Part shown: positions 56,043 through 64,000 of the stretch, piece after piece
How the letters are laid out: every line of letters starts with the position of its first letter
Numbering within the stretch: position 1 is the stretch's first letter
NCBI GenBank assembly: GCA_964626465.1
Contig: CAZVFP010000006.1
Location: 2,227-66,226, forward strand
Direction: 5' to 3'
Origin: an uncultured Bacteriovoracaceae bacterium
GTDB taxonomy: Bacteria; Bdellovibrionota; UBA2394
DNA: 64,000 nucleotides
The notes under the pieces: generated by a model
What the model saw: the letters and a program-made list of their open reading frames with translations, nothing else
The model's database searches: none
Told to the model about the DNA's origin: nothing
Translations under genes and position numbers: made by a program

Positions 56043-57120
56043 ATATATCGCCGCTTTTTTTCTTTTAGGAGATGCGCTGAATGTTGAAGTCAAGAATCTC
56101 GACAAACCCGTGCCCAACCTAGAAGTAAATCTCCTCGGCTTCCAGGATGGAAAGCCGCTCTACAACGAAAAACGACAAACCAACCGATCAGGAACGGCCA
56201 AGTTTGAATTAGGCAATGCCGAAAATCTGACATTTGTCTTTCGGACGATCTATCAGGATATTCAATATATTTCAGATTTCGTTGATGGAAATCACAAACC
56301 AGAGAAACCCATAAGATTATCAGTGTATGACTCGAAGCCATCGGATCCACGACTAGTCATTCGTGAGCGGAGCCTTTTCTTTAAATGGACCGGTGAATCA
56401 ATATCTGTCGATGACGAAATAATTGTCGAAAACAATTCGCCATTCACAATTGTTGGAAAAGGCCAAAACGATTCTACGAACGCTGCTCCTGAAACTTTAA
56501 AATTCAGCCTGCCGTCCGGCGCGCACGACTTAAGATTTGAGTTAGGCTATACAGAGGAAGAAACTCGTTTTGAAGGAAACGATATCATCGTGTCAACACC
56601 GTTTCTGCCTGGACTCTCCCGCTTTTCGCTCAAGTACAATCTGGAGACAAAAGGAAAAAACGCCCAATTCCTCTCAACGACTTCTGTCCCGCTACAAAAG
56701 GTCACTATTGGATCATCAATTCCAAATTTCTTTCCGGAAAGCCCTTCCTTGAAAGAGGAGCCCTCCAAGTTCTTTGAAAATCATCAGGTCTCACTTTGGT
56801 CCATAACCCCAGAGCAAAATCAAAGTCTGCTGTTTACACTTAACGGGATTCCTCGGGTCTGGCACTGGCCCTATTTTTTGCCGGGGATCACGCTCATTTT
56901 ATTGTCCATTTTCGGAGTCTTGGGGTCCAAGAATACCCGAAAAACAAAGAAACCGCATCGCAAAGAATTGATTGAGGAACTGGCAAAACTCGACATTTTA
57001 CAAGAGAGAAAAGCCATTTCGGCAGCAGAATACCAGGCCCGGCGATTCGACTTATTATCAGAACTTGTCCCATTTTATGTCCACGATCAGAATGGAAAAG
57101 TAAGTGAGCATCATTCTTAA
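56032..57120 (+). CDS. hypothetical protein with C-terminal TM helix, within the ccm cluster
   Basis: 362 aa. Beta-rich N-terminal two thirds, a TM helix (WPYFLPGITLILLSIFGVLG), then a charged helix. Overlaps its neighbours on both sides. Confidence 0.45.
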   Translation: MFIEYIAAFFLLGDALNVEVKNLDKPVPNLEVNLLGFQDGKPLYNEKRQTNRSGTAKFELGNAENLTFVFRTIYQDIQYISDFVDGNHKPEKPIRLSVYDSKPSDPRLVIRERSLFFKWTGESISVDDEIIVENNSPFTIVGKGQNDSTNAAPETLKFSLPSGAHDLRFELGYTEEETRFEGNDIIVSTPFLPGLSRFSLKYNLETKGKNAQFLSTTSVPLQKVTIGSSIPNFFPESPSLKEEPSKFFENHQVSLWSITPEQNQSLLFTLNGIPRVWHWPYFLPGITLILLSIFGVLGSKNTRKTKKPHRKELIEELAKLDILQERKAISAAEYQARRFDLLSELVPFYVHDQNGKVSEHHS

Positions 57121-57667
57121 AGACCTAGTTCTACAACGTGGCGATTTTAAAATCGGTCCCGTCCAATTCGAGTTCAATGCTCCAGGGCTTTACCTCATCA
57201 AGGGAGCAAATGGTGCAGGAAAGACAAGCCTCCTCAAAGCAATTCTAGGACGTCTCCGCCCGCAGCGAGGATCAATCAAAAGATCCGATACTCAGATTGC
57301 CTCCGTGGGAATAGAGCCGACCCTCTATTCCGAATGGACGCCCAATCAAAATTTTATCTTTCAGAGCGAGCTAACGGGTGAGCACGGTAGATCTCAATTC
57401 CAATCCACGATGAAATTTGCGAACTACTTTCAAGTTGGTCATTTAAGTAGCGGGCAGCGCCGCATGGTTGAACTGGATATTGCACTCAGCCTCACCTGCT
57501 CCACCGTCCTTCTGGATGAGCCCGGAAACTCGTTAGATTCACAAAATCTAAAAAATTTGGAGTCGCGCCTCATTGAAGAATCAAAAAGTCGGCTGATTAT
57601 TATGACATCACATCTACATGCCGACTCTGACTTGCCCTTTAGAAATATTTTGGAGCTCTCGTCATGA
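57104..57667 (+). CDS. ccmA: haem exporter ATP-binding protein CcmA (short ABC ATPase)
   Basis: 187 aa, GTG start. Walker A GANGAGKTS, signature LSSGQRRM, Walker B VLLDEP. Precedes ccmB/ccmC. Confidence 0.75.
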   Translation: MSIILKDLVLQRGDFKIGPVQFEFNAPGLYLIKGANGAGKTSLLKAILGRLRPQRGSIKRSDTQIASVGIEPTLYSEWTPNQNFIFQSELTGEHGRSQFQSTMKFANYFQVGHLSSGQRRMVELDIALSLTCSTVLLDEPGNSLDSQNLKNLESRLIEESKSRLIIMTSHLHADSDLPFRNILELSS

Positions 57668-58302
57668 GTATTTTCTGGACTCTGATAAAAAAAGATTGCC
57701 GCCTATCGGTTTGGGTCCTTCTGCCATCGACACTTTTGGGATTCGCCGTTTTGCTCTTGATGGGATTCATGAGCGAATCTCCTACAGCCCAGGCTTCATC
57801 GATCGCGAAACTCTGGGTATCGTTCTTTATTGCGGCATCCTCCGTATTCTATCGTAGCTTTCAAGCAGAGAACTCTAATCGAAATTTCATCCTCTTTACG
57901 CAATTCAGGGTCCCCAGAATTTTTATCTTTATATCGCAGTCCCTCAACCAGGTCCTTCGACTTTTTTTTATAGGCATGACTTACCTCTTCATTCTTCATT
58001 TTCTCTTTTCTTTTCAGGCTACAGACTGGTGGCGTTGGATTCTTGTCTTTCTTGAAGTGTCTTTGTGCCTAGCACCTCTTGGCACGCTTCTAGGTCTTGG
58101 CCTTCAAGCGGAAAGAGAGTTCTTATTTTCACTCATCTTTATCCCACTCATTGCTCCGATCATTCTGGCCGCGCACGCCATGAGCCTCGGCGAACAAGTT
58201 TCGGTTTGGAGCTCTATCACTGGCGCGTTTGGAATTATTTCTTGGTTTATTTCTAGCGTCATTTTTGAGTTTTTCTTCGACGATCTCACGCAAACCACAT
58301 AG
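57664..58302 (+). CDS. ccmB: haem exporter permease CcmB
   Basis: 212 aa, 6 TM segments. ATGA overlap with ccmA. N-terminal LIKKDCRL pattern and its position between ccmA and ccmC. Confidence 0.7.
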   Translation: MSIFWTLIKKDCRLSVWVLLPSTLLGFAVLLLMGFMSESPTAQASSIAKLWVSFFIAASSVFYRSFQAENSNRNFILFTQFRVPRIFIFISQSLNQVLRLFFIGMTYLFILHFLFSFQATDWWRWILVFLEVSLCLAPLGTLLGLGLQAEREFLFSLIFIPLIAPIILAAHAMSLGEQVSVWSSITGAFGIISWFISSVIFEFFFDDLTQTT

Positions 58303-58312
58303 GATAGGCCTT

Positions 58313-58993
58313 ATGAAGTGGCTGTGGGGGCTTTTTGGAATGTCGGCGATTTTAGTTTTTGGTGGCCTATTGAATATTTTTCTTTTACTTCCCACAGAAG
58401 AATCACAGGGTCTTGTACAAAAAATTTTCTTCATCCACGTTCCCTCGGCGTTTGCTTTTTATTCTTGCCTGATTACTGGTTCTGTTTTCGCTGTGCTCTA
58501 TCTGATTGAGAGAAGAGATGACTATGACAGACTTTCGAAATCCTTTGTGCAAACCGCGCTGCTATTTGCACTTTGCGTGATGGCAACTGGCCCCATCTGG
58601 GCAAAACCCATCTGGGGCACCTACTGGACCTGGGATCCTCGCTTAACAACGATGCTTTTGATGACGCTCATCCTGCTCGGTTACTGTGCAACACGCAACC
58701 TCATGGAAAAAAACCCCGAGAAGCAATTAGTCACAAAAGTGGTCTCGGCAATTATCGCGATCATTGCCACTCTCGATATTGTTCCTATTCATTACAGCGT
58801 GAAGTTATGGAGAGGAGTCCATCCAAGCGTCCTAAAAAATGCAGACGGACTACCCTCATCCTTTAGACTGGCTCTTCAATGGATGACGATTGCGTTCATT
58901 ATTTTGTCGGTGGTCATGGCTATTGCATATTCGAAATATTTAAAAAATAAAGAGCAGCTGACTCAGCTAATGAGAAGGAACAATCATGCCTGA
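58313..58993 (+). CDS. ccmC: haem exporter / haem-handling protein CcmC
   Basis: WWD motif WGTYWTWDPRLT. Met at 58313 follows the ccmB stop; the ORF-track start at 58229 lies inside ccmB. Confidence 0.85.
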   Translation: MKWLWGLFGMSAILVFGGLLNIFLLLPTEESQGLVQKIFFIHVPSAFAFYSCLITGSVFAVLYLIERRDDYDRLSKSFVQTALLFALCVMATGPIWAKPIWGTYWTWDPRLTTMLLMTLILLGYCATRNLMEKNPEKQLVTKVVSAIIAIIATLDIVPIHYSVKLWRGVHPSVLKNADGLPSSFRLALQWMTIAFIILSVVMAIAYSKYLKNKEQLTQLMRRNNHA

Positions 58994-59126
58994 TACATAT
59001 TTTGAATTTGTTATTGGATATTTATTTCTTTGGGTGATCCTCTTTTTGGCATTGGGAATTGCATTGAAGAAAATAACTCAACAAGAGAAATGGCTTCAGA
59101 ACCTAGACTCCTCTAAAAAGTCGTGA
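58986..59126 (+). CDS. ccmD: CcmD-like small membrane protein
   Basis: Below the ORF-track cutoff. My translation is MPDTYFEFVIGYLFLWVILFLALGIALKKITQQEKWLQNLDSSKKS (46 aa, single TM). Overlaps the ccmC stop. Position and size fit CcmD. Confidence 0.5.
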   Translation: MPDTYFEFVIGYLFLWVILFLALGIALKKITQQEKWLQNLDSSKKS

Positions 59127-59545
59127 AATTTTTAGCGCTAGGATCGTTCATCACTGCTTCGTTGCTTTCTCTTATAAATATTATAATGGGGATTCAACTG
59201 ACTCAGTCGGCATCCCAAGACTCATCTGTCCATCTCGCGATTGCCTTATCGGTTGCGGTGCTTCATCTGCTGGGCTCTTTGTTCATGATGATTTTTACGA
59301 AGAAGAAATTTGAAGAGCTGGCACTGATCAGTGATTTTTCCAAAGTGTCCACTCTTCAGCGTTCGCGCGAAACGAATATTCGAATTTCTCTCACTGCGGT
59401 TGGCGTATCAATTGTGAGCATCCTTACTGGAACCAGTTCTTCATCGGATGATATCCCTTGGATTCACGCAATCATTGGATGCACACTCTGCGCGGTCTCT
59501 TTTCTCAATTGGATCAAGTGGGTTTATTACTTGCATCAGGATTAA
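59123..59545 (+). CDS. hypothetical 4-TM membrane protein
   Basis: 140 aa. GTGA overlap with the ccmD-like ORF. No motif recognised. Confidence 0.4.
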   Translation: MKFLALGSFITASLLSLINIIMGIQLTQSASQDSSVHLAIALSVAVLHLLGSLFMMIFTKKKFEELALISDFSKVSTLQRSRETNIRISLTAVGVSIVSILTGTSSSSDDIPWIHAIIGCTLCAVSFLNWIKWVYYLHQD

Positions 59546-59819
59546 TCTGAATCGTCGGCGGTATCTTGGTAATCGCAACACCTTCACTGGATTTCAATCG
59601 ACAACTCATTGCCTCAAAAGTTTTGCCCTTTTGTTCGAATGAAACAATGCATCGCTTGCAGGACCCATTCCAACACAGGCGTGCATAGTCGATATTAAAA
59701 TCCAAAAACTGGAAAATTCTCAAAAGTTCCAGTCGATCCGGCACTTTATAGTCTTTGTCCAAGATTTTCATCTCGATGAATTTTTCTATGATGCCAAACA
59801 GTTCTCTATTGTAGTCCAT
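59514..59819 (-). CDS. hypothetical small Cys-containing protein
   Basis: 101 aa with CWNGSCKRC...SC. Upstream of nothing obvious. Overlaps the convergent ORF by 32 nt. Confidence 0.4.
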   Translation of the reverse strand: MDYNRELFGIIEKFIEMKILDKDYKVPDRLELLRIFQFLDFNIDYARLCWNGSCKRCIVSFEQKGKTFEAMSCRLKSSEGVAITKIPPTIQINPDASNKPT

Positions 59820-59842
59820 ACGCGTGTCCTATTTTTTTACAT

Positions 59843-60691
59843 TCAGAGAAACGGCTCCAAAAACACCTGCACCTCATCAAACGGAATTCCCCGTCTGCCA
59901 ATAGAAGGAGAATCACCAAATCGATCAGAGCTCTCCGAATGAAAATCTGATCCTCCAGTCTTCATCATCTTTAACTCCGCCGTTTTTATCTGATAATATT
60001 GCAAATCAGACTCCGTATGACGTGGGTGATAGACTTCTATCGCATCGACTCCAATATCTTTGAAATATTGCAGGTGTTTATCTCGAAAATCATACTGCCC
60101 TGGATGCGCAATTGAAGTTCTACATCCGTGTCGTTTTGCGTAATCAACAGCTTCCTCCAAATCAAATCGCCACTTGGGCACGTCGAAACGTCCACGATCC
60201 TTCAAAAACTTATCGAACGCATCTTCTCGACTGACGGCATATCCTGCCTCGATCAAAGCATCCGCCACATGAGGGCGTCCTAACAAACCAGGATGAGTTC
60301 GAGATAATTTTTCTGCGTCGACGTGAATTCCTGCGGCCTTCAACTTTTCGCAAATTTTGAAGAAACGCAGAACACGTTCCTTCCTAAACCTGTCCAAATA
60401 CTTTCTGAGGTCTGTATCGGTTGAGGATAAACCATAGATCAAAAGATGCAGCTCTCGCTGCTGAAGCGATTGAGGGTCTTTGAATGTGCAAGATAACTCC
60501 GCAGCGCAAAGCGGCTTCCAGTCAGTCAGTCCTGCAGCAAACTCCTCAAAGCCATCGACGCCATCATGGTCAGTGAGCGCGGCAAATTTCAGGCCCTGTT
60601 TCGTCGCGATTTTCAGCTGCGCCCGCAGCCACGCCACAGAATGTCTACCGTCTGAATTGAGGCTATGGAAATGCAAATCGGCGAACGCCAC
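59843..60691 (-). CDS. PHP-domain metal-dependent phosphoesterase (TrpH/YciV-like)
   Basis: 282 aa. Motifs ADLHFHSLNSDGR, LTDHD, AHPG and GGSDFH. Confidence 0.8.
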   Translation of the reverse strand: MAFADLHFHSLNSDGRHSVAWLRAQLKIATKQGLKFAALTDHDGVDGFEEFAAGLTDWKPLCAAELSCTFKDPQSLQQRELHLLIYGLSSTDTDLRKYLDRFRKERVLRFFKICEKLKAAGIHVDAEKLSRTHPGLLGRPHVADALIEAGYAVSREDAFDKFLKDRGRFDVPKWRFDLEEAVDYAKRHGCRTSIAHPGQYDFRDKHLQYFKDIGVDAIEVYHPRHTESDLQYYQIKTAELKMMKTGGSDFHSESSDRFGDSPSIGRRGIPFDEVQVFLEPFL

Positions 60692-60741
60692 CGTCTTAGG
60701 CTAGCGCTTTCGGACGTAACAGGTAAGAATTTTGTAATCTA

Positions 60742-61296
60742 TTAAAGTCGCGGCAGCGTTATGCCAGTTTGACCCTGATATTTGCCCTGTTTGTCGCGAT
60801 AAGAGACGGCACAGTCCTCATCGGATTCATAGAACAATACCTGGCAGATGCCTTCGTTCGAATAAATTTTCGCAGGTAACGGCGTCGTATTCGAAATCTC
60901 AATGGTCACATGACCTTCCCACTCAGGCTCAAAAGGTGTCACATTGCAGATAATGCCGCAACGCGCATAGGTAGACTTGCCCAAGCAAACGGCCAAAACA
61001 CGTCGAGGAATTTTAAAATATTCATAGCTCCGAGCGAGTGCAAAAGAATTGGGTGGAATGACTAATACGGGACCTTTAAACGAAATAAAGTTCGTATCCT
61101 GAAAATTCTTAGGATCAATCACTGTGGAATTGATATTGGTAAAAATCTTATATTCATCCGTCACACGCATATCATAGCCATAGGACGAAACTCCGTAGGA
61201 AATCACCCCGGACCGCACCTGAGATGACTCGAACGGGCTAATCATCCCATGTTCTTTGGCCATCTTTGTAATCCATTTATCGCTCTTAATCGCCAT
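60742..61296 (-). CDS. dcd: dCTP deaminase
   Basis: 184 aa. N-terminus [15 protein letters not shown], and the Glu-containing [14 protein letters not shown] region typical of Dcd. Confidence 0.9.
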   Translation of the reverse strand: MAIKSDKWITKMAKEHGMISPFESSQVRSGVISYGVSSYGYDMRVTDEYKIFTNINSTVIDPKNFQDTNFISFKGPVLVIPPNSFALARSYEYFKIPRRVLAVCLGKSTYARCGIICNVTPFEPEWEGHVTIEISNTTPLPAKIYSNEGICQVLFYESDEDCAVSYRDKQGKYQGQTGITLPRL

Positions 61297-61387
61297 AATC
61301 AGCGAGACTGGCGAAAGCCAAAATCATGGTCAAGAACTTGTTTGAGACTCTGTGCGGCCTATGAAATTGTCAGAAAAAATGACACTC

Positions 61388-62539
61388 TTAAGATTCTGAA
61401 CCTGGATTAAGGCCACGCTTCTTAATTTTTTCAACCAGCGTGGTTCTATTGACTTGAAGCAGCTGAGCCGCCTGATTCTTATTCCATTTTGTCTGTTCAA
61501 GAGCTCTCATAATCAAATCATTTTCAAACTGCTCAACCAGCGAATCAAATGCAATTCCACCTTCTGGAATCCCATTTGCAATCCACTGTGCCCATGGCAC
61601 GGAGCTCGACTGAACCGGCTTTGGCTTGAGAACTTTCGCAGGGATATCAGAGAGTTGAATATTGCCTTCAACCTTCAGGATACTCATTCGCTGGCAAATA
61701 TTTTCGAGCTCACGAACGTTGCCTGGCCAGTTATAGGCCACTAAGGCGGCCATTGCATCAGCTTCAACGTCTTTAATGTGGTAGCCCTTTTTTCTATTGA
61801 ACTGATTTACAAAATGACGAACCAAGGCGGGAATATCTTCTTTTCTTTCTCGCAGTGGCGGCAAATTCATAGGAATAACATTTAATCGATAATACAGATC
61901 TTCTCTGAAATTTCCCTTCGCTACTTCTTGCTCAAGATCAATATTTGTCGCTGCAATGACACGGCAATCTGACTTCACCGTCTTATTTCCGCCAACCGGC
62001 TCAAACTCTTTTTCTTGCAACGCTCTGAGTATTTTCACCTGCAAGCTAGGCGGCATCGTGCCAATCTCATCCAGAAATAGCGTACCCTGATGTGCCAAAC
62101 TAAAACGACCCACTCGAGACGCATGCGCCCCTGTGTAAGCACCTTTCACGTGACCAAAAAGTTCTGTTTCCAATAATTCAGATGGAATCGCCCCGCAGTT
62201 TACAGCGATAAATGGCTTCTGACGTCGATTCGAACGATTGTGAATCGCACGAGCGACCAATTCTTTGCCCGTGCCGCTCTCGCCAAGCACAAGTATTGTT
62301 GAATCAGTGTCGGCAACCTTTTCAATCAAATCAAAAATCGCCATGACAGGTCGACTCGCCCCAATAAAAGGCGCTTCCACAAGAGTTTCAATCTGTGATT
62401 TTTGAATTGAGACAACTTCGCTTGCATGATCAACAGCGCGATCGAGCGCCGATCGATTCCACGGTTGGGATTGTGACTCTGGCTCTGATTCTTGACGCTT
62501 TAACTGTTCTAATCGATCTTCCTGCGCCATCTTACCCAA
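61388..62539 (-). CDS. sigma-54-dependent transcriptional activator lacking an N-terminal sensory/receiver domain
   Basis: 383 aa. About 57 low-complexity residues, then AAA+ (GESGTGKELVARAIH, GAYTGA loop, LFLDEIG), then a C-terminal Fis-type HTH (AAQLLQVNRTTLVEKIKK). Confidence 0.85.
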   Translation of the reverse strand: MGKMAQEDRLEQLKRQESEPESQSQPWNRSALDRAVDHASEVVSIQKSQIETLVEAPFIGASRPVMAIFDLIEKVADTDSTILVLGESGTGKELVARAIHNRSNRRQKPFIAVNCGAIPSELLETELFGHVKGAYTGAHASRVGRFSLAHQGTLFLDEIGTMPPSLQVKILRALQEKEFEPVGGNKTVKSDCRVIAATNIDLEQEVAKGNFREDLYYRLNVIPMNLPPLRERKEDIPALVRHFVNQFNRKKGYHIKDVEADAMAALVAYNWPGNVRELENICQRMSILKVEGNIQLSDIPAKVLKPKPVQSSSVPWAQWIANGIPEGGIAFDSLVEQFENDLIMRALEQTKWNKNQAAQLLQVNRTTLVEKIKKRGLNPGSES

Positions 62540-62812
62540 ACCTCCCGATACACTGCTGAGAAAAAGTCAAAACCCTGACAGACTCAAAGGTATCAGAACT
62601 TTGACAGTAATAGTAGGGGGCATGAAACTTTTTTGACTGATCTGAAACGGAAGTTGCGTTAGACTGAAGATGACACATCAGATCATGACCGGGGGTACTT
62701 TTATTTGCGAGTTAAATTAAAGACTTAGGAAGGCGTTTTGACACAGTGTGCCTGCAACCATAAAATCGTGCGCTGTTTCAATGTTTTTGCAAGTTTAGGG
62801 GAAGACAAAACG

Positions 62813-63664
62813 ATGACGCAATTGAGACGAGGACTGCCAAGAAAACGATCTCGCGTCTCAGCACGACAGGCTGAGCTTCCTCTCTCGCATAAAAAATCAC
62901 GCAACGACGCCGACAAATCCAAACTTATTTTTCAAATTAAGTCAGAACTCCGGAGGCTCCAGTCGAGAGATCGCGAGTGGAAATTAATGTTTCAGATGTT
63001 ATCGCACGATCTCAAGGAGCCGATCGTCACTCTCGAAGGTTTCACGAAACTTTTGGATGAATCTGAACTTACGAAAGATCAGCAACGCTATGTCAAAGTC
63101 GTTCGAGAAGCCGTGAGTACTCTGCATCGTTTGGTAGGATCGCTTCAGTCTCTCTCGCGCCTGTCCCATGACTCACAAGACTTTAGCGAATTCAGTTTAA
63201 ATGAACTTCTCAGCTCTGTAATCACGAGCCTTTCTCAACAGATTCAAAGAACGAAAGGTTCCATTGATCTCCCCTCTGCAGACACAATCATCACGGGTGA
63301 TCCTATTCGATTATTCCAAATTTTTTTAAACCTCATTGCAAACTCTTTGAAATATCACAAGAAGGCAGAACCTCCCCATATCCAAATTTCTTATAGAAAA
63401 ACAGCCGGCGAGCATCGCATCTCGTTCAGAGATAATGGCGTTGGGATCAGTCCGACGGACCTTGATCGAATTTTTTTGCCATTTACTCGATTGAAAGATA
63501 TTCCTACAGATGGACTGGGAATCGGACTAACGATCGTTAAGCGGATTGCAGAATCATTTAAAGGACGGGTGCTTGTCAAAAGCAAGCAAGGCGTTGGCAC
63601 AACCTTTACGATATGTTTACCGAAAGAATATGGAACAAGAGGCACGGGGGGCTCTGATCTATGA
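62813..63664 (+). CDS. soluble sensor histidine kinase (DHp + HATPase only)
   Basis: H-box FQMLSHDLKEPI, N-box LIANSLKYH, G-boxes DNGVGI and GLGIGL. The ORF is open from 62738; Met at 62813 has GGGGAAG upstream. Confidence 0.75.
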   Translation: MTQLRRGLPRKRSRVSARQAELPLSHKKSRNDADKSKLIFQIKSELRRLQSRDREWKLMFQMLSHDLKEPIVTLEGFTKLLDESELTKDQQRYVKVVREAVSTLHRLVGSLQSLSRLSHDSQDFSEFSLNELLSSVITSLSQQIQRTKGSIDLPSADTIITGDPIRLFQIFLNLIANSLKYHKKAEPPHIQISYRKTAGEHRISFRDNGVGISPTDLDRIFLPFTRLKDIPTDGLGIGLTIVKRIAESFKGRVLVKSKQGVGTTFTICLPKEYGTRGTGGSDL

Positions 63665-64000
63665 AAATTATTATCGTCGACGATAATCCTCATCATTCTG
63701 AACTTGCGGCGCGTCGATTGATGAAAGAGGGCTGGGAAGTTTTTGTGACTGATTCCCCGGAGCCGATCGAGCAGTTTAAGGATTTTGACTTGATCGTATT
63801 GGATTATAGCATGCCGCATCTTTCAGGACTCGACGTGCTGAAAGCAGTTCGGGATAAAGAAATCATCACTCCCGCTGTACTACTCACCGGACACGGAAAC
63901 GAAATCATTGCAAGCGAGGCGATAAAACAGGGTGCCTATGACTATGTGATTAAGGACACGCATCTCCTCTATTTGGAAAGGCTACCGAGCGTCATTCGCG
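63661..64000 (+). CDS. response regulator receiver domain (5' part; runs off the right window edge)
   Basis: My translation is MKIIIVDDNPHHSELAARRLMKEGWEVFVTDSPEPIEQFKDFDLIVLDYSMPHLSGLDVLKAV..., with acidic pocket DD and phospho-acceptor D in LVLDYSMP. ATGA overlap with the kinase stop. Confidence 0.8.
   Translation, partial: MKIIIVDDNPHHSELAARRLMKEGWEVFVTDSPEPIEQFKDFDLIVLDYSMPHLSGLDVLKAVRDKEIITPAVLLTGHGNEIIASEAIKQGAYDYVIKDTHLLYLERLPSVIR

Noticed and set aside
1-64000. Looked for CRISPR arrays, tRNA/rRNA genes, transposases, integrases, phage modules, toxin-antitoxin pairs and recognisable defence systems.
   Set aside because: I found no direct-repeat/spacer periodicity, no cloverleaf-compatible intergenic sequence, and no ORF with the corresponding catalytic motifs. 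Intergenic regions other than those reported are short and AT-rich.

Overview
All calls below come from reading the sequence and ORF translations by eye. No database search or structure calculation was run, so family names rest on recognised motifs.

The window is a dense, mostly housekeeping chromosomal segment of a Gram-negative bacterium. About 65 protein genes are tightly packed, and many share start/stop overlaps (ATGA, GTGA, TTGA). Gene content includes outer-membrane barrels, lipoprotein signals, Lnt, a variant System I cytochrome c maturation cluster and sigma-54 regulators. Together with the moderate-to-low GC seen by eye, this suggests a deltaproteobacteria-like or Bdellovibrionota-like lineage, but that is only a guess.

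Recognisable blocks, in order:
- fabF-acpP-fabG-plsX-rpmF-yceD (minus strand) and ilvC
- a secreted metzincin
- a pair of M16 peptidases
- an orphan radical SAM/SPASM enzyme
- guaB-guaA, holA-like/rpsT and murJ
- pgpH-like/ybeY/lnt/prfB, where prfB has the classic +1 frameshift
- a TonB-dependent receptor
- nrdJ with NrdR boxes
- a small sugar-modification cluster
- maeB-glpD-ppsR
- dps-gpx
- a ccm cluster (H-like, E, F, A, B, C, D)
- dcd
- a sigma-54 activator next to a histidine kinase/response regulator pair

I found no rRNA, tRNA, CRISPR array, transposase, integrase or phage genes.

The most unusual signals are non-coding:
1. An exact sigma-54 promoter followed about 210 nt later by a strong intrinsic terminator, with no ORF between them (40425-40673). 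This is a candidate sigma-54-dependent sRNA, and a 46-nt perfect palindrome sits about 160 bp upstream.
2. A ~275-bp triple-nested inverted-repeat element with 29-bp perfect termini, between convergent genes (11477-11755). It also supplies the last codons of the radical SAM gene.
3. A ~240-nt leader upstream of the radical SAM/SPASM gene that carries its own terminator and a 19-codon mini-ORF.

Protein-level oddities:
- CcmE has a CxxxY motif where the canonical protein has HxxxY.
- The CcmH-like protein has SxxC where CxxC is expected.
- A secreted 531-aa protein carries a caspase/CHAT-like His...Cys dyad.
- A metzincin carries a Gly5-Cys / transmembrane / Arg C-terminal tail.
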